Shown here in pieces: positions 1 to 12,915 of a DNA stretch of 64,000 nt (position 1 is the first letter of the stretch; each line of letters begins with the position of its first letter). Origin of the DNA: Sphagnum compactum (lineage: Eukaryota). The position numbers and the translations under genes were made by a program. The DNA is taken from positions 434,001 to 498,000 of the forward strand of contig OZ234493.1 of NCBI GenBank assembly GCA_965153455.1, given 5' to 3'. The notes under the pieces are model-generated. The model was given only the letters and a program-made list of their open reading frames with translations. It was not told the origin of the DNA and did not search any database.

Positions 1-390
1 TTTCACCCCTTCGTGTTCATGGTTACCATTCAATATTGTCCATGCAACTTTTTGGGAAGGATGGTATTATTTTTGCAATTCTCTGCAGAATGAAGCTTAA
101 TGGAAGGTGCCAAGGTGGGGGCAATCCCAAAATAAAGGGCCGTAGTACCATGCGGTAGCTGAGCTCAGCCCTGCTTTTGAGGAAAATCCCCACCCCTGAA
201 CCTCACATATGCTGTACTAATATAGCAGAAGGCAATTGTTATGATAAGACCATGAGGCAATTGTTATCATGAGCCTCCATGCACATAGATCACAAGGAAA
301 TAGGATTTAGTAGGTGTAAGAGGCCCCTGTAGGGGTAAGATGCCTCTTCAAAAAGAGGAGGCATTATTCATAAGGTTAAAACACGCCTGA
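1..390. repeat. Segmental duplication block 'Z' (upstream flank of the Chloroplast_duf gene array), copy 1
   Basis: Aligns by eye with 28690-29055 and 16955-17340, e.g. tgcaactttttgggaagg, ttttgcaattctct, gagctcagcc, gaggaggcattattca. Confidence 0.8.
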
Positions 391-1256
391 GATGATGGGA
401 CTATTTTAATATCAAAATGCAAGCATTTTTTTTTCTTTTGGATTTTTTTTCCTTTGTCTTGTTTAAAATTTTTTTTCTAATATTTATTTCAATTAATCTA
501 TTTCTTCTAATTTTCTATATTTTTATTGTCATCATTTTTTTCATTGAGCATGCATATTTTATGCCCAACATTTGGGTATTGTAGAAACCATCCAAAAAAA
601 TCAACTGACATTTTATGCTTCAAATGTGGGTATTGCAAAATCATTTTAACAAAATAAATGTTTATTTTGTGACCCTTATGCAAGTATTTCACATTGAACT
701 TTATGTTTTTGAAGTTTTTTTAATGCAATAATGCAACATTGCAATATGTTTCAAACTCGTATTTTTAAGGAAAATTTTAACAAAGTATTAATGCAATGCT
801 CACATTCAAAACATGTAAACATAATATAAACATGAGGTTACAATTGCAATAAGACAAAACTTGTATGTATTGATGCAAATATCACATTTATAAAAACTTT
901 TGTTAATTTTCAAAAAATGGAAAACATGAACTCCATGTCATTGTTTATGTTAAAAAAATCTAAGTAAGATATGCATGCTACTTTCTAACTTCAAGAAACA
1001 CCTTTCGAACCCATTTTCATTAGCCACCATGTCATGTGTTCATTAATATATTCTTGTTGTTGTAATCATCTTAATAGCATGTTGATGAGTGTAAAATTGA
1101 TAGTGATACAATTAGAGTTGAATGATATTAGTTATAAATTGGTATTTCATGATTATTCAAAGTCTGCAACAAACACATGATACACATTAATATGCAAATT
1201 TGAAAAATATAAACCAAACCCCAAAAAGTTACATGGGTATGAACATATATATCGTA

Positions 1257-1619
1257 CCGTCGCGCTCGTTTCACACCAATATTAATTATTTTAGGGGTAC
1301 TGTGAAAAAAAATATATATTTGAGGGGGGAAGTGCGAAATGTGAAACAAACAAAATTAATTAATTTTACGGTGTAAATGCGAAAAAGAAAAATTAATTAA
1401 TTCTACGGTGTAAATGCGAAAAGGTAAAATTAATTAATTTTACGGTGTAAATGCCAAAAGGCAAAATTAATTAATTCTACGGTGTAAATGCGAAAAGGCA
1501 GATCCATTGAAATGTGAAATGATAGACCATTGTAATTAATTATTTGTGGGTCGATGCGAAAATGAAAATCGTCCAAAATTAAATATTTTGCACCGGGTGG
1601 TGTAAAACGAGCGCGACGG
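1257..1619. mobile_element. Tc1/mariner-type MITE (363 bp), TA target-site duplication
   Basis: TIRs CCGTCGCGCTCGTTTCACACCA ... TGGTGTAAAACGAGCGCGACGG; TA at 1255-1256 and 1620-1621. Confidence 0.85.
1352..1497. repeat. Four ~36-bp tandem repeats inside the MITE
   Basis: aaaattaattaatt(t/c)tacggtgtaaatgc(g/c)aaaa repeated four times. Confidence 0.9.
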
Positions 1620-3539
1620 TACGGTAATCTATTGGATTTTTTTAAAAAAAAAGTTGGAAAAATAATTGAAAGTAAGAAATTTAAAAATTTTAAAAACAAA
1701 CTTCATGTTTTGGAATTTTGAAGACCAAAAATAATGGAAAACAGGGGGAAAACAAAAAAAAAAAATTAGGACAAACATAGTAAAAGAAAATAAATTCTTT
1801 TAGCATTTAAAAATAGAAAAAATGGGAAAATAAGGTGAAAAAACCCAAAAAATCTTCTTATTTTTTAAAGAAACCAAAACAAGGAAAACAAAGCAATGAA
1901 AAGGAAAAAAAAATAGAATTCTTCTTCTTGAATTAACAATAACAAGTAAAAAATCCTTCAAGTAAAAACAAAGAAAAGGAAAAAAATAAAAGAATCTTCT
2001 AGAATTAGAACTAAAACTAATTTTTTTTAAAAAACGAGTTTGTCTTCTATTTTTTTATTTCCATTTCCTTCTTTTTTATTATTTTGTCTTTTTCTCTCTT
2101 TTTTTCTTACTTTTTTTTGTTGCTTCTACTTTCAAACCAAAACAAAAAAAAGACAACGAAAAGGATAAAGGCATACCTTGCGTGATGTGTATAACTAAAT
2201 GATGATGCAACAACAAATGGCAACAAGTGCAACAATGTGATAAAAAAAAAAAAAATGTTTGAAAAGAGAGAAGGAAAACAAAAAAAGGAGGAAATGATGA
2301 AAAAGTTGTAACAGTAGAGGAAAGCAAAGAAATAAAAGATGAAAAAAAACTAAAATAGTAATAAAAATGAAAAAGAAAATAATAAAAAGAAAAATCTATA
2401 GCACAAACAAAAGAGAAAAAATAAAAATAATAATAGTTATAACATTTTTAAAAAAAGAACAAATGATGAAGAAAAAGCTACTGCGACACGAAAAGAGAAG
2501 ACGAAAGAAAAAACGAAAGAGAAGACGAAGAAATAGGAGGGAAAAACAGGGAATTTGTTTTTGAAATCTCAGTGAAGACTGAGCCAATGAAAAGAATAAA
2601 AAATCCACTTCAATGTTTGGTTTAGGTTAAATGGTTTGGGTTCATCCCAAAACGGTCAAAACAGTCTCATCCACAACTGGTGCATTGGTGGGTGCTGGTT
2701 CACTCAGGCCACAATGCAACAGGGCATTACACCTGGACCTTGGGCTTTTACTTCGATGCACAGGGTGTGCATTGCCCTGGTGCCACGGTACACTTGCGTA
2801 ATGACGGGTGTTAGTATGATAGGGCCTCCGAGCACAATGCCTAAAATTTAAAAATGCATTTTCTTATTGTACTGGGAACACTGCGTGACTGCCATGAGGT
2901 TATTATTACATGTAGGATCATGGCATTCCCGAAATAAATGGTCCCTTGGTGGAGGGGCAATTATTTAGGGGCAAAACGGGCATGTATCATGAATGCCCCA
3001 CTCCCAGTACATTTCCTGGCATAAAAACCTAGTACTTGGTTCTTAGTTTGGTTTTAGAACCTAGAAAAAAATTGCAACAATTCCAATTCAGGGTCCATAA
3101 CCTCCTGTTCTAATTAACCTTTGGTTCCGGATCCTATATCCATAACATGAAGACCAACAATTTGGAAATACTCAAACTTTTATTCCGTGAAGAATAGAAT
3201 TATTACAAATGTTTGAAGATTTCAAACAAATCAAAATAAGGCTCATTCTAAATTCTAAACTACACTACATGTTCCAAGTTGCTGAATCCAAAACAAGAAA
3301 AAGCCAGTGGAAAAATTAAAAAATTAATTCCAAGAGAAAAATATTGTTACAAAAGCTTTGAAAGCTTCAATCTTCAAACCAATGCAAACTACAAACTAGC
3401 CTATTGTAAACTCTAATTTACTCCAAATATTTCAAGGATTAGAACTTTTTTTTCATTGCCATTTGGTATCATGTTTAGGGCTTCATCTAATAATAACACC
3501 AAATTGAGTAGTGGCCTTGGCAACCTTGACCACAACAAC

Positions 3540-3945
3540 CCCAAAACAACCCTGAAATAGCCCTAATATTTTCTTCACCCAAACCTAAATTCTATAACCC
3601 AAAACCTACTCAAATAGCCCCAAATCTGCCCTAGTATTTCCTTCACAAAAATCTAAATTCTACAACCCAAAACCCATTCAATCAACCCCAAATCTGCCCT
3701 AGTCTGTCCTTCACCCAAAACCTAAATTCTACAACCAAAAACCCACTTAAACAACCCTAAAACAACCCCAAATTTGCCCTAGTCTATCCTTCACTTGAAA
3801 TCTTAATTCTACAATCCAAAACCCTTCGAACAACACCAACTTTGCCCTAATATTTCTTCCTAACCCAAAACCCTAATACTAACCACCAATACCCCTTCAA
3901 ACAACCCCCCAGTTTACCCTAGTCTTCCCTTCACCCAAAACCTTA
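3540..3945. repeat. Degenerate ~60-70-bp tandem repeats (hAT subterminal region)
   Basis: Recurring cccaaaacctaaattctacaacccaaaaccc...ccccaaat(c/t)tgccctagt units. Confidence 0.75.
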
Positions 3946-4249
3946 AATTTTCACTTGTGCACCCCAATACAACCATGTCAAATCAAGGTTACAAGCTAAC
4001 CCTAATTCAATAAGGTGTAACAAAGGTAGAAACCCTAAACATGGTGCTTAACAAATAATTTGGTTACATAATCTTCAAGGGTCAGGGTTTTTAGTTTCTA
4101 GAAGCAACTTCAATCCATGGTCGTTTTAATGTTGCTCCAGGGTCTGGGAGAAAAAAACACAAGAAATTGAATTCAAACTTTTTTAAAAAACTATCTAATG
4201 AACAAAAAGAAAATTGACATGATTCCAAAACCCAAAAAAAATCATTCTT

Positions 4250-6563
4250 ATCTATTGCCATTTTCTTTGATGTCTAGAAGACCAACTTGATTAAAAAAAC
4301 CTTCATTTTCTTCCAGAAGGGCCTCCTCCATGTCCATGAATTGTGTCATGGACATCAAGCCTTCAACACAAGCATCATTCGGCCGATTCTTGTAGATGTT
4401 ATAAAGCAACTCAGGATTCTCTATGCCCAATCAAGAGCATTGAAGGTTGGTGCATATACCTACCACATTAAAAACTCTTTCCACTTCAATCTACAAGCCC
4501 ACAATTCTGAGAATTTGTCAAGCCACAGACCAAACGTATGAGAATTGTACTTCATGCACTCTCCACCATTCTAGTGGATTTTTGGCCTCCTCCTTGGTAA
4601 TTTTCTTGAACTTGAAATGGTTCAACTATTTTTTCATTACTAATGATTTTGATGTCATTTCTTCATTAGTTTCCATAAGATCATAAAGACTTGTGCGTTC
4701 AACACTACAAGATGTAGAGCTAAAAGCTCCTACACCTACATCACTTGGGTTTAGAAAGTTGTATGTAGAAACAAGAAGTGGAAGCAAAACATGATGATCA
4801 TACTCATTAGCAATTTGCAATGTTCTTTCCTTATCAACAAATTGAATAACTAGCCCCAAACCCTTGTAACGGGCGTTTAACATCATACACAACATGTTAT
4901 GGGCTTGATTCTTTTGAAAAGAAAGCATAAAGACAAAAATGGGTTTAGGACTTGTATCATTTGTTTCTACATGTTTGGTTGAAAGATATGGAGTCCCCCA
5001 TCAAAATATTGGGTTTCATTAAAATTAGGTTTAAAACCATTAGCTTGAAACTGAGATACAAGTGATATGGTAGTAGCTAGGGCATCCGGAAGCAACTAGT
5101 ATCCTCGTCTTTGGTTTAGCAAGCATCGTTGAACTACGGGGCCCAAAGTATGAGCAACAACTTGGGCTATTGCCCAAACTTGGGGACTAGGCACATGACC
5201 TTGTAAAGCCAATGATTGTTGACTTCCGTAGCAAAGAGTAATCACGTGCTTATACTCAAAAGTCTTTTGGAATATGACAACGCTTGAAGCAAAGTGAGTT
5301 TTCATAGGAGTCTATGTGGAGGCACCCCCACCAACTCATAGGCCTTGTGCCATTCTTGCCATCCTTTGCCACTTTTCTTGGTCCAAGTAATGGTTTTATG
5401 TAAAATTGATTATGCTTCTTTAATTGAAACAAATGGCAAGCCAACACATACCTTAAAGTCGTTTATTGCATACTCACAACACTTTGACATTACATGACCC
5501 CAATAAGAACCTACAAAAGGTATCAATAATCCCAAAACTTCACAAGACACAATAAATGTTAATGTGGAAGTCATGGTGGCAAGATTGTTCCCTTCATCTT
5601 TGACATATGCAAGAACACAAGTATTAAGCCTGCGTATTGCAAGCACATCATTCACTTGCATTGCCATGGCATTTTTTTGATGTGTCTATAGTTTCAAAAA
5701 ATCTGATAGTCACATCACAAGGCTCCCACTTGTCATTCAAGAAATGAACAATAAGAACAAATGTATCAACACCTCCCTTTGACATCTAAAGATCAAAAGA
5801 TATGGTGCATCTATTACATGATTGAAAGGTTGGAGAAACAAACCTTTCCTTTGTCCATTTGGTAATCATATGTAAAATATTATTTTAAAACTTTTGCCTT
5901 GATGGGAAAGTCAATTGAACATTATGCCTTAAAATTAATCTCCTAAAAAAAAGAGCTTCAACAAATGACAAAGGCACAAGTTCCTTTAATGCAATGAACA
6001 ACACAAAATCTTTTTCAAATTGTTTTTGATGAGGATCATTTTTGCTATAAGGAACAAAATTACTAAAAAAGGTAAAAATGGTGCTAAGAGTTGGGCCAAA
6101 CCTTTTTTTTGCTAGATTTCTTTCTCCTTCAAACCCATCTTTTTGTCGTTTAGTGCACTCATTCCAAAGCTGTCGATGAACCCCTTGCAAATGTTTTCGC
6201 AATGTAGAAATCCCATTTGTAGATCCATAGCTAATCAAATCCTTTTTTTGGCCTGTAGGTGGAGCATGAGGGCAACACACAACACATTTTAGTTGCTCAA
6301 CTTTTATAGGTGAACTTGAACTTGAACTTACTTCTAGTGAAGGAGAGTTTAACTATGCATAAAATGCCCAAGTTGTGGCTATTCAACTTTTGGGTTTCCA
6401 ATAATCTCAATTATTTGCAAACAAGGCCCATAATTCTGAACAACTTGTGTTTGTAAAATTAAACATGTGATGTTGATGTTGAGGGCAAATTAGAAATAGA
6501 AGCACAAAACTCCATTGTTAGTGGAGCCTCTATTGGAAAAATGATTTCTTTGTCAAAATCCAT
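4250..6563 (-). pseudogene. hAT transposase pseudogene (BED finger, DDE core, C-terminal dimerisation domain)
   Basis: Fragments in several frames: CVVC...LRKHLQGVH (BED-like), KELVPLSFVE..FRRLI, ISFDL*MSKGGVDTF, AYVKDEGNNL, MMLNARYK, PLEWWRVHEVQF...VERVFN. Many stops and frameshifts. Confidence 0.85.
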
Positions 6564-6589
6564 GATCCTGTCATTGAAGCAACACATGA

Positions 6590-7215
6590 AATGCAACCAT
6601 GAAAAAAAAAAAGCAGAACCACAAGGAGCAGAAACAAACAAAAACAAGTAGAACTTGACCATAAGGAGCAGAAACAAACAAAGACAACTAGAGCTTGACC
6701 ATAAGTCGCAATAAAATGCGACCACAAGGAGTAGTGACAAAGTGCAACCACGAAGGGCATCAACAAAACACGACCCAAAAAAGTAATAAAGTGAAACCAA
6801 GAGTAGCAACAGAACACAACCATAAGGAACAACATAATGCGATCACGAGCAACAATAAAATGCGACCACAAGGAGCAACAATAGAGCATGACCATGAGCA
6901 ACAATAGAGCACGACCATAAGGAGCAACAAAGTTCAACCACGGGCAACTATAGAATGTGACCACAAGGAGTAATAGAGCTCGATCATGAACAACAATAAA
7001 GCGTGACCACAAGCAACAACAAAGTGTGACCATGAGGAACACTAGAAACTTGAACACAACATGATTAGAAGAGCAGGAGAGACCTATAAAGCACAACCAC
7101 GAGGAACAACATAGTGCGACCACGAAAAATAACAAAAAGTAGTAGAACATGACCACAAGGAGCAACAGAGTAGTAGAGCACGACCACAAGGAGCAATAGA
7201 ACAACAAAGAAGAAT
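6590..7215. repeat. Degenerate ~27-bp tandem repeats (gaccacaaggagcaacaatagagc-type); the array resumes at about 10718-10790
   Basis: Motif visible many times; it accounts for the spurious Leu/Cys-rich ORFs in 6459-7285. Confidence 0.8.
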
Positions 7216-8503
7216 GAGAGCATGAAGAACTATGAGCCATACCAACATAGTCGTGTCCGGTAGTCTCAATTTTTAAGAGTTGCATCAGGGATATTCGAAT
7301 GTGGTAAGGTTATTAGGGGTTTTTAACAACTTCATGTTGGAATAGGGGATGATGAATGCCCATGGTTCTATGGGGGGGTTGTTTTCTTTTCTGAAATATG
7401 ATATTGGTGAATAAGGTGTTGGGTTAGTTTTTTTCTTCAACAAAAAGCTGGTAAACCATAATTTTAAAACCTCAGTGGCGTAATTAGGGGTGAGAAATCT
7501 TTAGAGGGTGGGGGGTGGAAGTAGACACCAAAATTCATGGTGTGCAACAAAACTTTGGTCTTGTTCTGGTATTTAGTGAGTAGCAAGGATGTTTGAGATT
7601 CATGAAGCAGGTGAGGGGGTGTCAATGAAAGGTCTAATAGAGTTAAAACAATCTTCAAACCTTATAAGCATAAAATTAATTCGAAACAACTTAACGATTA
7701 AATAAACAGGGGGATAGGGTGGCAATGGCAACATGAGTTTCATAATGAATGAAACATTTATTTAAATTATGGATAAGCTCAACGAGGAGTTGCAATTACA
7801 TGTTGAGTCCTTGGCTATACCACAATGATAGTTCATAACTGTAGGAAATCTAGGATGCGTCGAATGGTGCAAATTAAGTAATCCGCCTTGCTATTAGGAG
7901 GTAGTTGGCGAATCAGATCGCGCAATTAATGATAGTGTCCAACACCAGAAATTGAAGACCATGTGAAGATGGAGGTGTCTTTAGTTTCATAACAACCTTC
8001 ATAGACGGTTTCAGGTTCATCACCAAAAGCGGGGTCAACTTGCAACAAAATCACCAGGGTGCGAGAGTTTGGATAAATGCAATAATACCAACCTCAAGGG
8101 GGATCGACTACAAGACGAGCGCGCACCTTTTGCGGTTCGGGGTTTTCATCACGAAGATGCTGCGTCAATGTCAAATCTAAAAATGACTCCGGAGCCGGTT
8201 CTTCATTCAATTGTGTAGCTTGAGGTTCATAAGATGTGACCATGCGCGACACCATAATTTCAAGGAAAAGAGAAGAGATCTTTAATCAAAATCAAATCAA
8301 CAACGAATGTGTGGAAAACTTGTGACATCGAAATGTGTGGTCGTAATTTATAGGTCCAAGAAAAAAATGGAAATGTGTAAGTAACAGCCTAGAACCATGG
8401 TAAAGTAAAAGCTTAAGATCATAGGAAAAAATGAAGGTTGAAGTAAAATTTGTTGGGGGGAAAGTGAAAAGAGATGAAGATGTGCTTCTCCTTCTCCTTT
8501 CTT

Positions 8504-8650
8504 GGGCCACCAAACATTCAAACCTTCCATCGGCCACAAAGCATTGAAACCTTTCAAGGGCCACCAAGCAATGGAACCTTCCATGGGCCACCAAGCAATG
8601 GAACCTTCCATGGGCCACTAAGCATTGGAACCTTCAATTGGCCACCAAGT
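8504..8650. repeat. ~27-bp tandem repeat, about 5 copies
   Basis: gggccaccaagcaatggaaccttccat and variants. Confidence 0.85.
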
Positions 8651-8856
8651 TGGGATTTTCCTTCACCTCCTTCTTTCTCTTTCTCTTCAAAGGGGCGAAT
8701 TCGGATCCTTTGGAACTTTTTTTTTTCCAAAGGATAATTTTTGATTCAAATCTTGAGAATATTTGTTCTCACAACCTTTTTGAGTAGGAAAAAAATGATT
8801 AGGTTTAGTAGATGGTGGAAAGAAGGAGAGTAGAATGGACATTTGAAGTAGTTTTG

Positions 8857-9676
8857 TGACGTGCTCCTTGGTCCCGGGGTGAACCCACTTGAGGGTTCAC
8901 CAATGTGAAGTTGCGGAAAGTGGGGACCGAAGGACACGCTCCTGACTTCCAACTCTAGAAAGGGGTAGAGGGTCGAGTTGGAAGCCCCGGGATTAGACTA
9001 GGAAGATGGACTAGTAGATCAAGCACGAATCTGCATCCAAAACCAACCACAAATGGGTTAGTTCACCTTCGGGAACACCCTTGGGTGTTGGGACAAGCCA
9101 CGGGCAATTTGGACTACTTGACTCACCACGGCCCGGACTTGGGGGAAGCCACCACCTTCCCCCTTATAGTTATCTCTGCAGCTCACCACGGAGGCTATAT
9201 CCAAATGGCACATTTTGTTGGGACTCCCGAAATGGAGTCCCGAAATTGTCCCTGCGGGACTCCTGGGACTTTGAACGGTCATAACTCCCGATTCCGAAGT
9301 CCGATCGCAATGAGGTTTAAACCAAAGTTGTAGCCCTCGTCGAGATCTTTCCAACGCCATGTCGCACTCCCTAAGGCGACGTCGGGAAAGGGTCGATTCC
9401 CGACTTTTAGTGGTCGGGAGTCAAACTGCAAGTTTGACTCCCGGCCCTTCTTTTGCCCATAACTTGGGCTGCAGATGTCCAAATGGCCAATGCGAGGCCA
9501 TTTTCGATATCTACGTTTCAAGACCTTTCCAATGACACCAAGAACACCTCAATGCGAGGTGTTTTGCCCCTTGCTGTTGAGCTCTAAACATTCGGGAGTC
9601 CCGGAGGACTCCAAACCTCCAACTTTTCCAAGTGTTGGGCTTCACCCCCACACTTGGACAAAGTGGGGTTGCGACA
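8857..9676. mobile_element. Solo LTR (820 bp) with 5-bp TSD
   Basis: Starts TGACG, ends GCGACA (TG...CA); TTTTG at 8852-8856 and 9677-9681; GC-richer than the flanks; no second LTR or internal domain in the window. Confidence 0.85.
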
Positions 9677-9739
9677 TTTTGAAAGAATGGAAATGAGTAG
9701 GCATAGTGTTGGGAGTTTAAAATCTTAGAGAAATTTCAC

Positions 9740-10296
9740 AAACCCTCTCAGGTTTAGTAGCATAACTTTTTGCTAGTTTAGTTGTAGAGTTTAGGATTTG
9801 AAGGAAGGTGCGCCTTGTAGTTAGCTTTCTAATGAACTAAGGCAAGCCAGATTTGAATAACGTATGTGTTAGGAATAATATTTCAAGTGATTAGTGGTCT
9901 GCAGCCAAGTTGAACTCTCTACCTTCATAAAACCCTCTCGGGTTTGGTAGCATAACTTCTTGCTGATTTAGCTGCAGAGCTTAGGATTTGGTAAGAAGGT
10001 GCACCTTGTAGTTATTTTTGTAACAAACTAATGCAAGCCAAATTTGAATAATGTATGTGTTAGGAATAATATTTCCAGTGACTAGTGGTCTGCAGTTAAG
10101 TTGAACTTTTACCTTCGTAAAACCCTCTCGGGTTTGGTAGCATAACTTCTTGCTGGTTGAGCTATAGAGCTTAAGATTTGGTAAGAAGGTGCGCCTTGTA
10201 GTTAGTTTTTTAATGAGCCTTAGCAAACTAGATTTGGATAATGTATGTGATAGGAATAATATTTTAAGTGATTGGAGGTCTACTGCCAAGTTGAAC
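9740..10296. repeat. Three 190-bp tandem repeats
   Basis: aaccctctc(a/g)ggttt..tagcataact starts at 9741, 9931 and 10121. Confidence 0.9.
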
Positions 10297-11392
10297 ATGG
10301 AGTTGAAGCCTTAAAAATTAGTTTAAATGAAAAACAATTTGACATAAAATTCTAAGATTCGGAGTGTTTGGGCTTTGAAAAATATATCTGTCAATCCTAA
10401 ATCTAAATGATGCATAGGAAGCAAGTTACTTGGTTTCAACTACAATCGCAATCTAACATCTAGAAATACACTTGCACTTTTCTTTCACCAGTAGCATATG
10501 TATTTTAAAGTATAATCGCCTCATAGAACCGGGAGTAGAGGGACAGAAAGTCGCCTCACCTGAACATACCATCAGGAATGAAGACCATTGTCGCATTGTC
10601 GCATTGTCATGTGAAACCTACCATTACCATCACCAAGCTTGCCACTACCAAGCTCGCCATCTCCATTGCCACAAATTTGCAAACAATAGAAGGAAAAAAA
10701 ATCAGCTCAAGTTTTGCCACGAGTAGCAACAGAGCATGACCATGAGGAGTAGCAGGGAATAGAGTGTGACCACAAGCAATAATAGAGACGTTTGACAGCA
10801 TGAGCAATGGCAAGGATGTGATTGAATCCACAACTAACCTTTTTTTCTGCGAGCTTCCTCGCGAGCTTTTCCTAATAAGTTTCAATGCTTGAGTTTTTTC
10901 AAACCTTGGACACACAACATTAAAGAAAAAAATCCCTTTGGAGCTTTGATGCTTAACTTCTCTTGAACACACAACACAAAAAAAACCCTCTTGAGCTTCT
11001 CTGTTGAGCTTGAATGCCTGAGAAAAAAAGTCTTGCAAGCTTGAGTTTACTCGCTTGACAAAAATCAAAAGAAGCGGGAATGAAGCGAAATGAGAACCAA
11101 AACTCCAAAATCAGTGGATGCCCTAACCTAACCCTAAATTAAAAACCAGACTGAATTTTTAGAAAAAATCCAGTCCAGTTCCAGTTTTCTTCCCACTTGG
11201 AATTGACCCCCCGGTCAGGTTCCAGTTCTAGGTCAAACCGACCCTCCGATTCCCTCCTCGTTCCATACTCAACCCCATGCCTTGCCGGTTCCACTGGTTC
11301 TAAAATCCAGATCTGGTTCCAGTTAGGTTATTTGGAACCGACACCAGAACTGCTGGTTCCTACCCGCCCATGCGGGTACCCGGCCAACACTG

Positions 11393-11479
11393 GTAATCAC
11401 CCACTGCAAATTGGTTTCCAAAAATCAGTTTAGAGAATGCAGGGCCACTAGAGAACACCATGGCGTTGCATGCAGCCAT
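11393..11479 (-). pseudogene. 5' remnant (29 codons) of a Chloroplast_duf/At4g22030-like paralog, cut by the hAT terminus
   Basis: MAACNAMVFSSGPAFSKLIFGNQFAVGDY versus the intact gene's MAACNALSTASNLGSQFISGNQFAVGDAY; homology stops exactly at CAGTG (11392). Confidence 0.85.
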
Positions 11480-11670
11480 AATAGAATGCAAGTATAGCTT
11501 CTCAAGCACAGTCTGGAGGACGAGATATGAAACTTTGTAGGCGCGAAAGTGGATTGTAGGCTGCAAGCTGTGCTTGTGTTCAGGAACTGATGAGGGAACG
11601 AGAGCAGTAAGCGAGGAAAGGGTTGAGAGAGTGAGAGTTTGGAAATGATGGACGAATGGGAAAGGAGTGC

Positions 11671-11683
11671 TTATATAAACAGC
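11671..11683 (-). promoter_or_regulatory. Putative TATA box of the truncated paralog
   Basis: Minus-strand GCTGTTTATATAAGC, same context as GCTGTTTATAAAAAGC upstream of the intact gene, followed by a CT-rich 5' UTR-like stretch. Confidence 0.6.
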
Positions 11684-12419
11684 AAACGCCGCAAGACAAA
11701 TTGGACAAACTGAAACCAAGCTAGGGAAAAAGCGAAATGCAGTAACCTATACCTAGCCAAAGACGCGTACCTCATGTGCATGGCCTGAGTACTACTGGAA
11801 CTTTTACCATAGGGTAAGGACTGTGCTACAGGGGCCTTTGTGGGAATGAGGGCCCCAGTTTTTGGGCAGGGTATCTGGAAGTCCTATAAGGCAAAGGCAT
11901 TCTTGCATTGTGTAATTTAAGGCCAATTCATGAACAGTTCAAATGTCTTTGGATGGAGAATACTGCACGAAGAGTCAATCATGGACTACTAGTGTGGCCT
12001 ATCCTGTTGGCCCAAGTGTGAACATAATTGCTTCAAGTGTCAACATCCCTGATGATAGAGCCCAATTGTCAAAAAAATATTTTAACTTTTAAATTAATTT
12101 CTTGTGATAAAAATGATTCAAAATTGAATATCTCTCTAACCGTAGGTATAGAAAATTATGGAATCACCTGCAAGAAATCCTACTTGTCAAGGGCTTTTTA
12201 GTAGCATGAAGACCTTGCCCCAATTTCTCTAAATTTTTTAGTTTTGATTTCATTAAATTTTAGCAATGGTGGGGGCACCAGGGTGTAGGTGATCTCAACC
12301 GGAAAAACAAAACAAACAAGAACAAACAAACTACCTTCAGCAAGAGATAAATGGAACAAGCCTAGTAAGGCCCCCTTCAATCTAGGACCATGTGAAGTCC
12401 AGTAGGGCCAACATGCCAT

Positions 12420-12915
12420 TCTGTCACATGGTAATATCAGGTTCTATTAAGCACACAACAAGCATGTAATGCATATTACATGCTGCAAATACAATTGAAA
12501 AACATTAGGTCAATGTTTTATGTTTGGTCACATATGTGACGCCGCAAGCGGTACCCTTGTGAATATTAAGAAAGGCCTCATGAAATTGCTCTTTTGGGGA
12601 CCAACTTGGGTTTGTCCTATTTGCTTTCCTGAAGTTGTGGGAGTAGGAGGTCAAAATTATGTACATGAGAGACACCCTAGGTGAAATAAGTGGCGTGCCT
12701 AGCATCAAAACTACTACATGGCGGACAAGTGTATACGTTGGGGCCTTGTTCTGAGTCTTAAAAGGAGTTAGATATATGTCACAAAAACTAGAAACAATAT
12801 TAAGTAATAAAACGGGTCATTGAAGATTTACAAAATTAAATGCAATGCACGAATGGTGAGGATTAGAGATATTGAAAAGTGATAGTGAGGATTAGAGATA
12901 TTGAAAAGTGATAGC
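12420..12915. repeat. Segmental duplication block 'X', copy 1 (copy 2 at about 17612-18045)
   Basis: Shared ctgtcacatggtaat..gttctattaagcacac, gctttcctgaa.ttgtg, ttagatatt..aa.gtgatag. Confidence 0.8.

Larger units (their letters stand above)
7254..10548. mobile_element. Insertion within the hAT element, probably an LTR-retrotransposon-derived non-autonomous or large solo element
   Basis: Interrupts the 27-bp repeat array. Begins TGTCC (7254) and has GGACA at 10541-10545. AGTCG occurs at 7249-7253 and again at 10549-10553, offset 3 nt from the CA. Confidence 0.45.
3030..11392 (-). mobile_element. Degenerate hAT DNA transposon carrying nested insertions; left boundary approximate
   Basis: Minus-strand terminus CAGTGTTGGCCGGGTACC at 11392; ggttcc/gaacc-rich subterminal sequence at 11170-11360 and about 3035-3135; internal transposase remnant. 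No matching left TIR or TSD found. Confidence 0.65.

Noticed and set aside
1630-2610. Lys-rich and Phe-rich ORFs
   Set aside because: A-rich low-complexity DNA.
6459-7285. Long Leu/Cys-rich ORFs (up to 251 aa)
   Set aside because: Translations of a degenerate 27-bp repeat inside the hAT element.
9058-9696. Several 67-100 aa ORFs
   Set aside because: They lie inside the solo LTR and have no recognisable domain.
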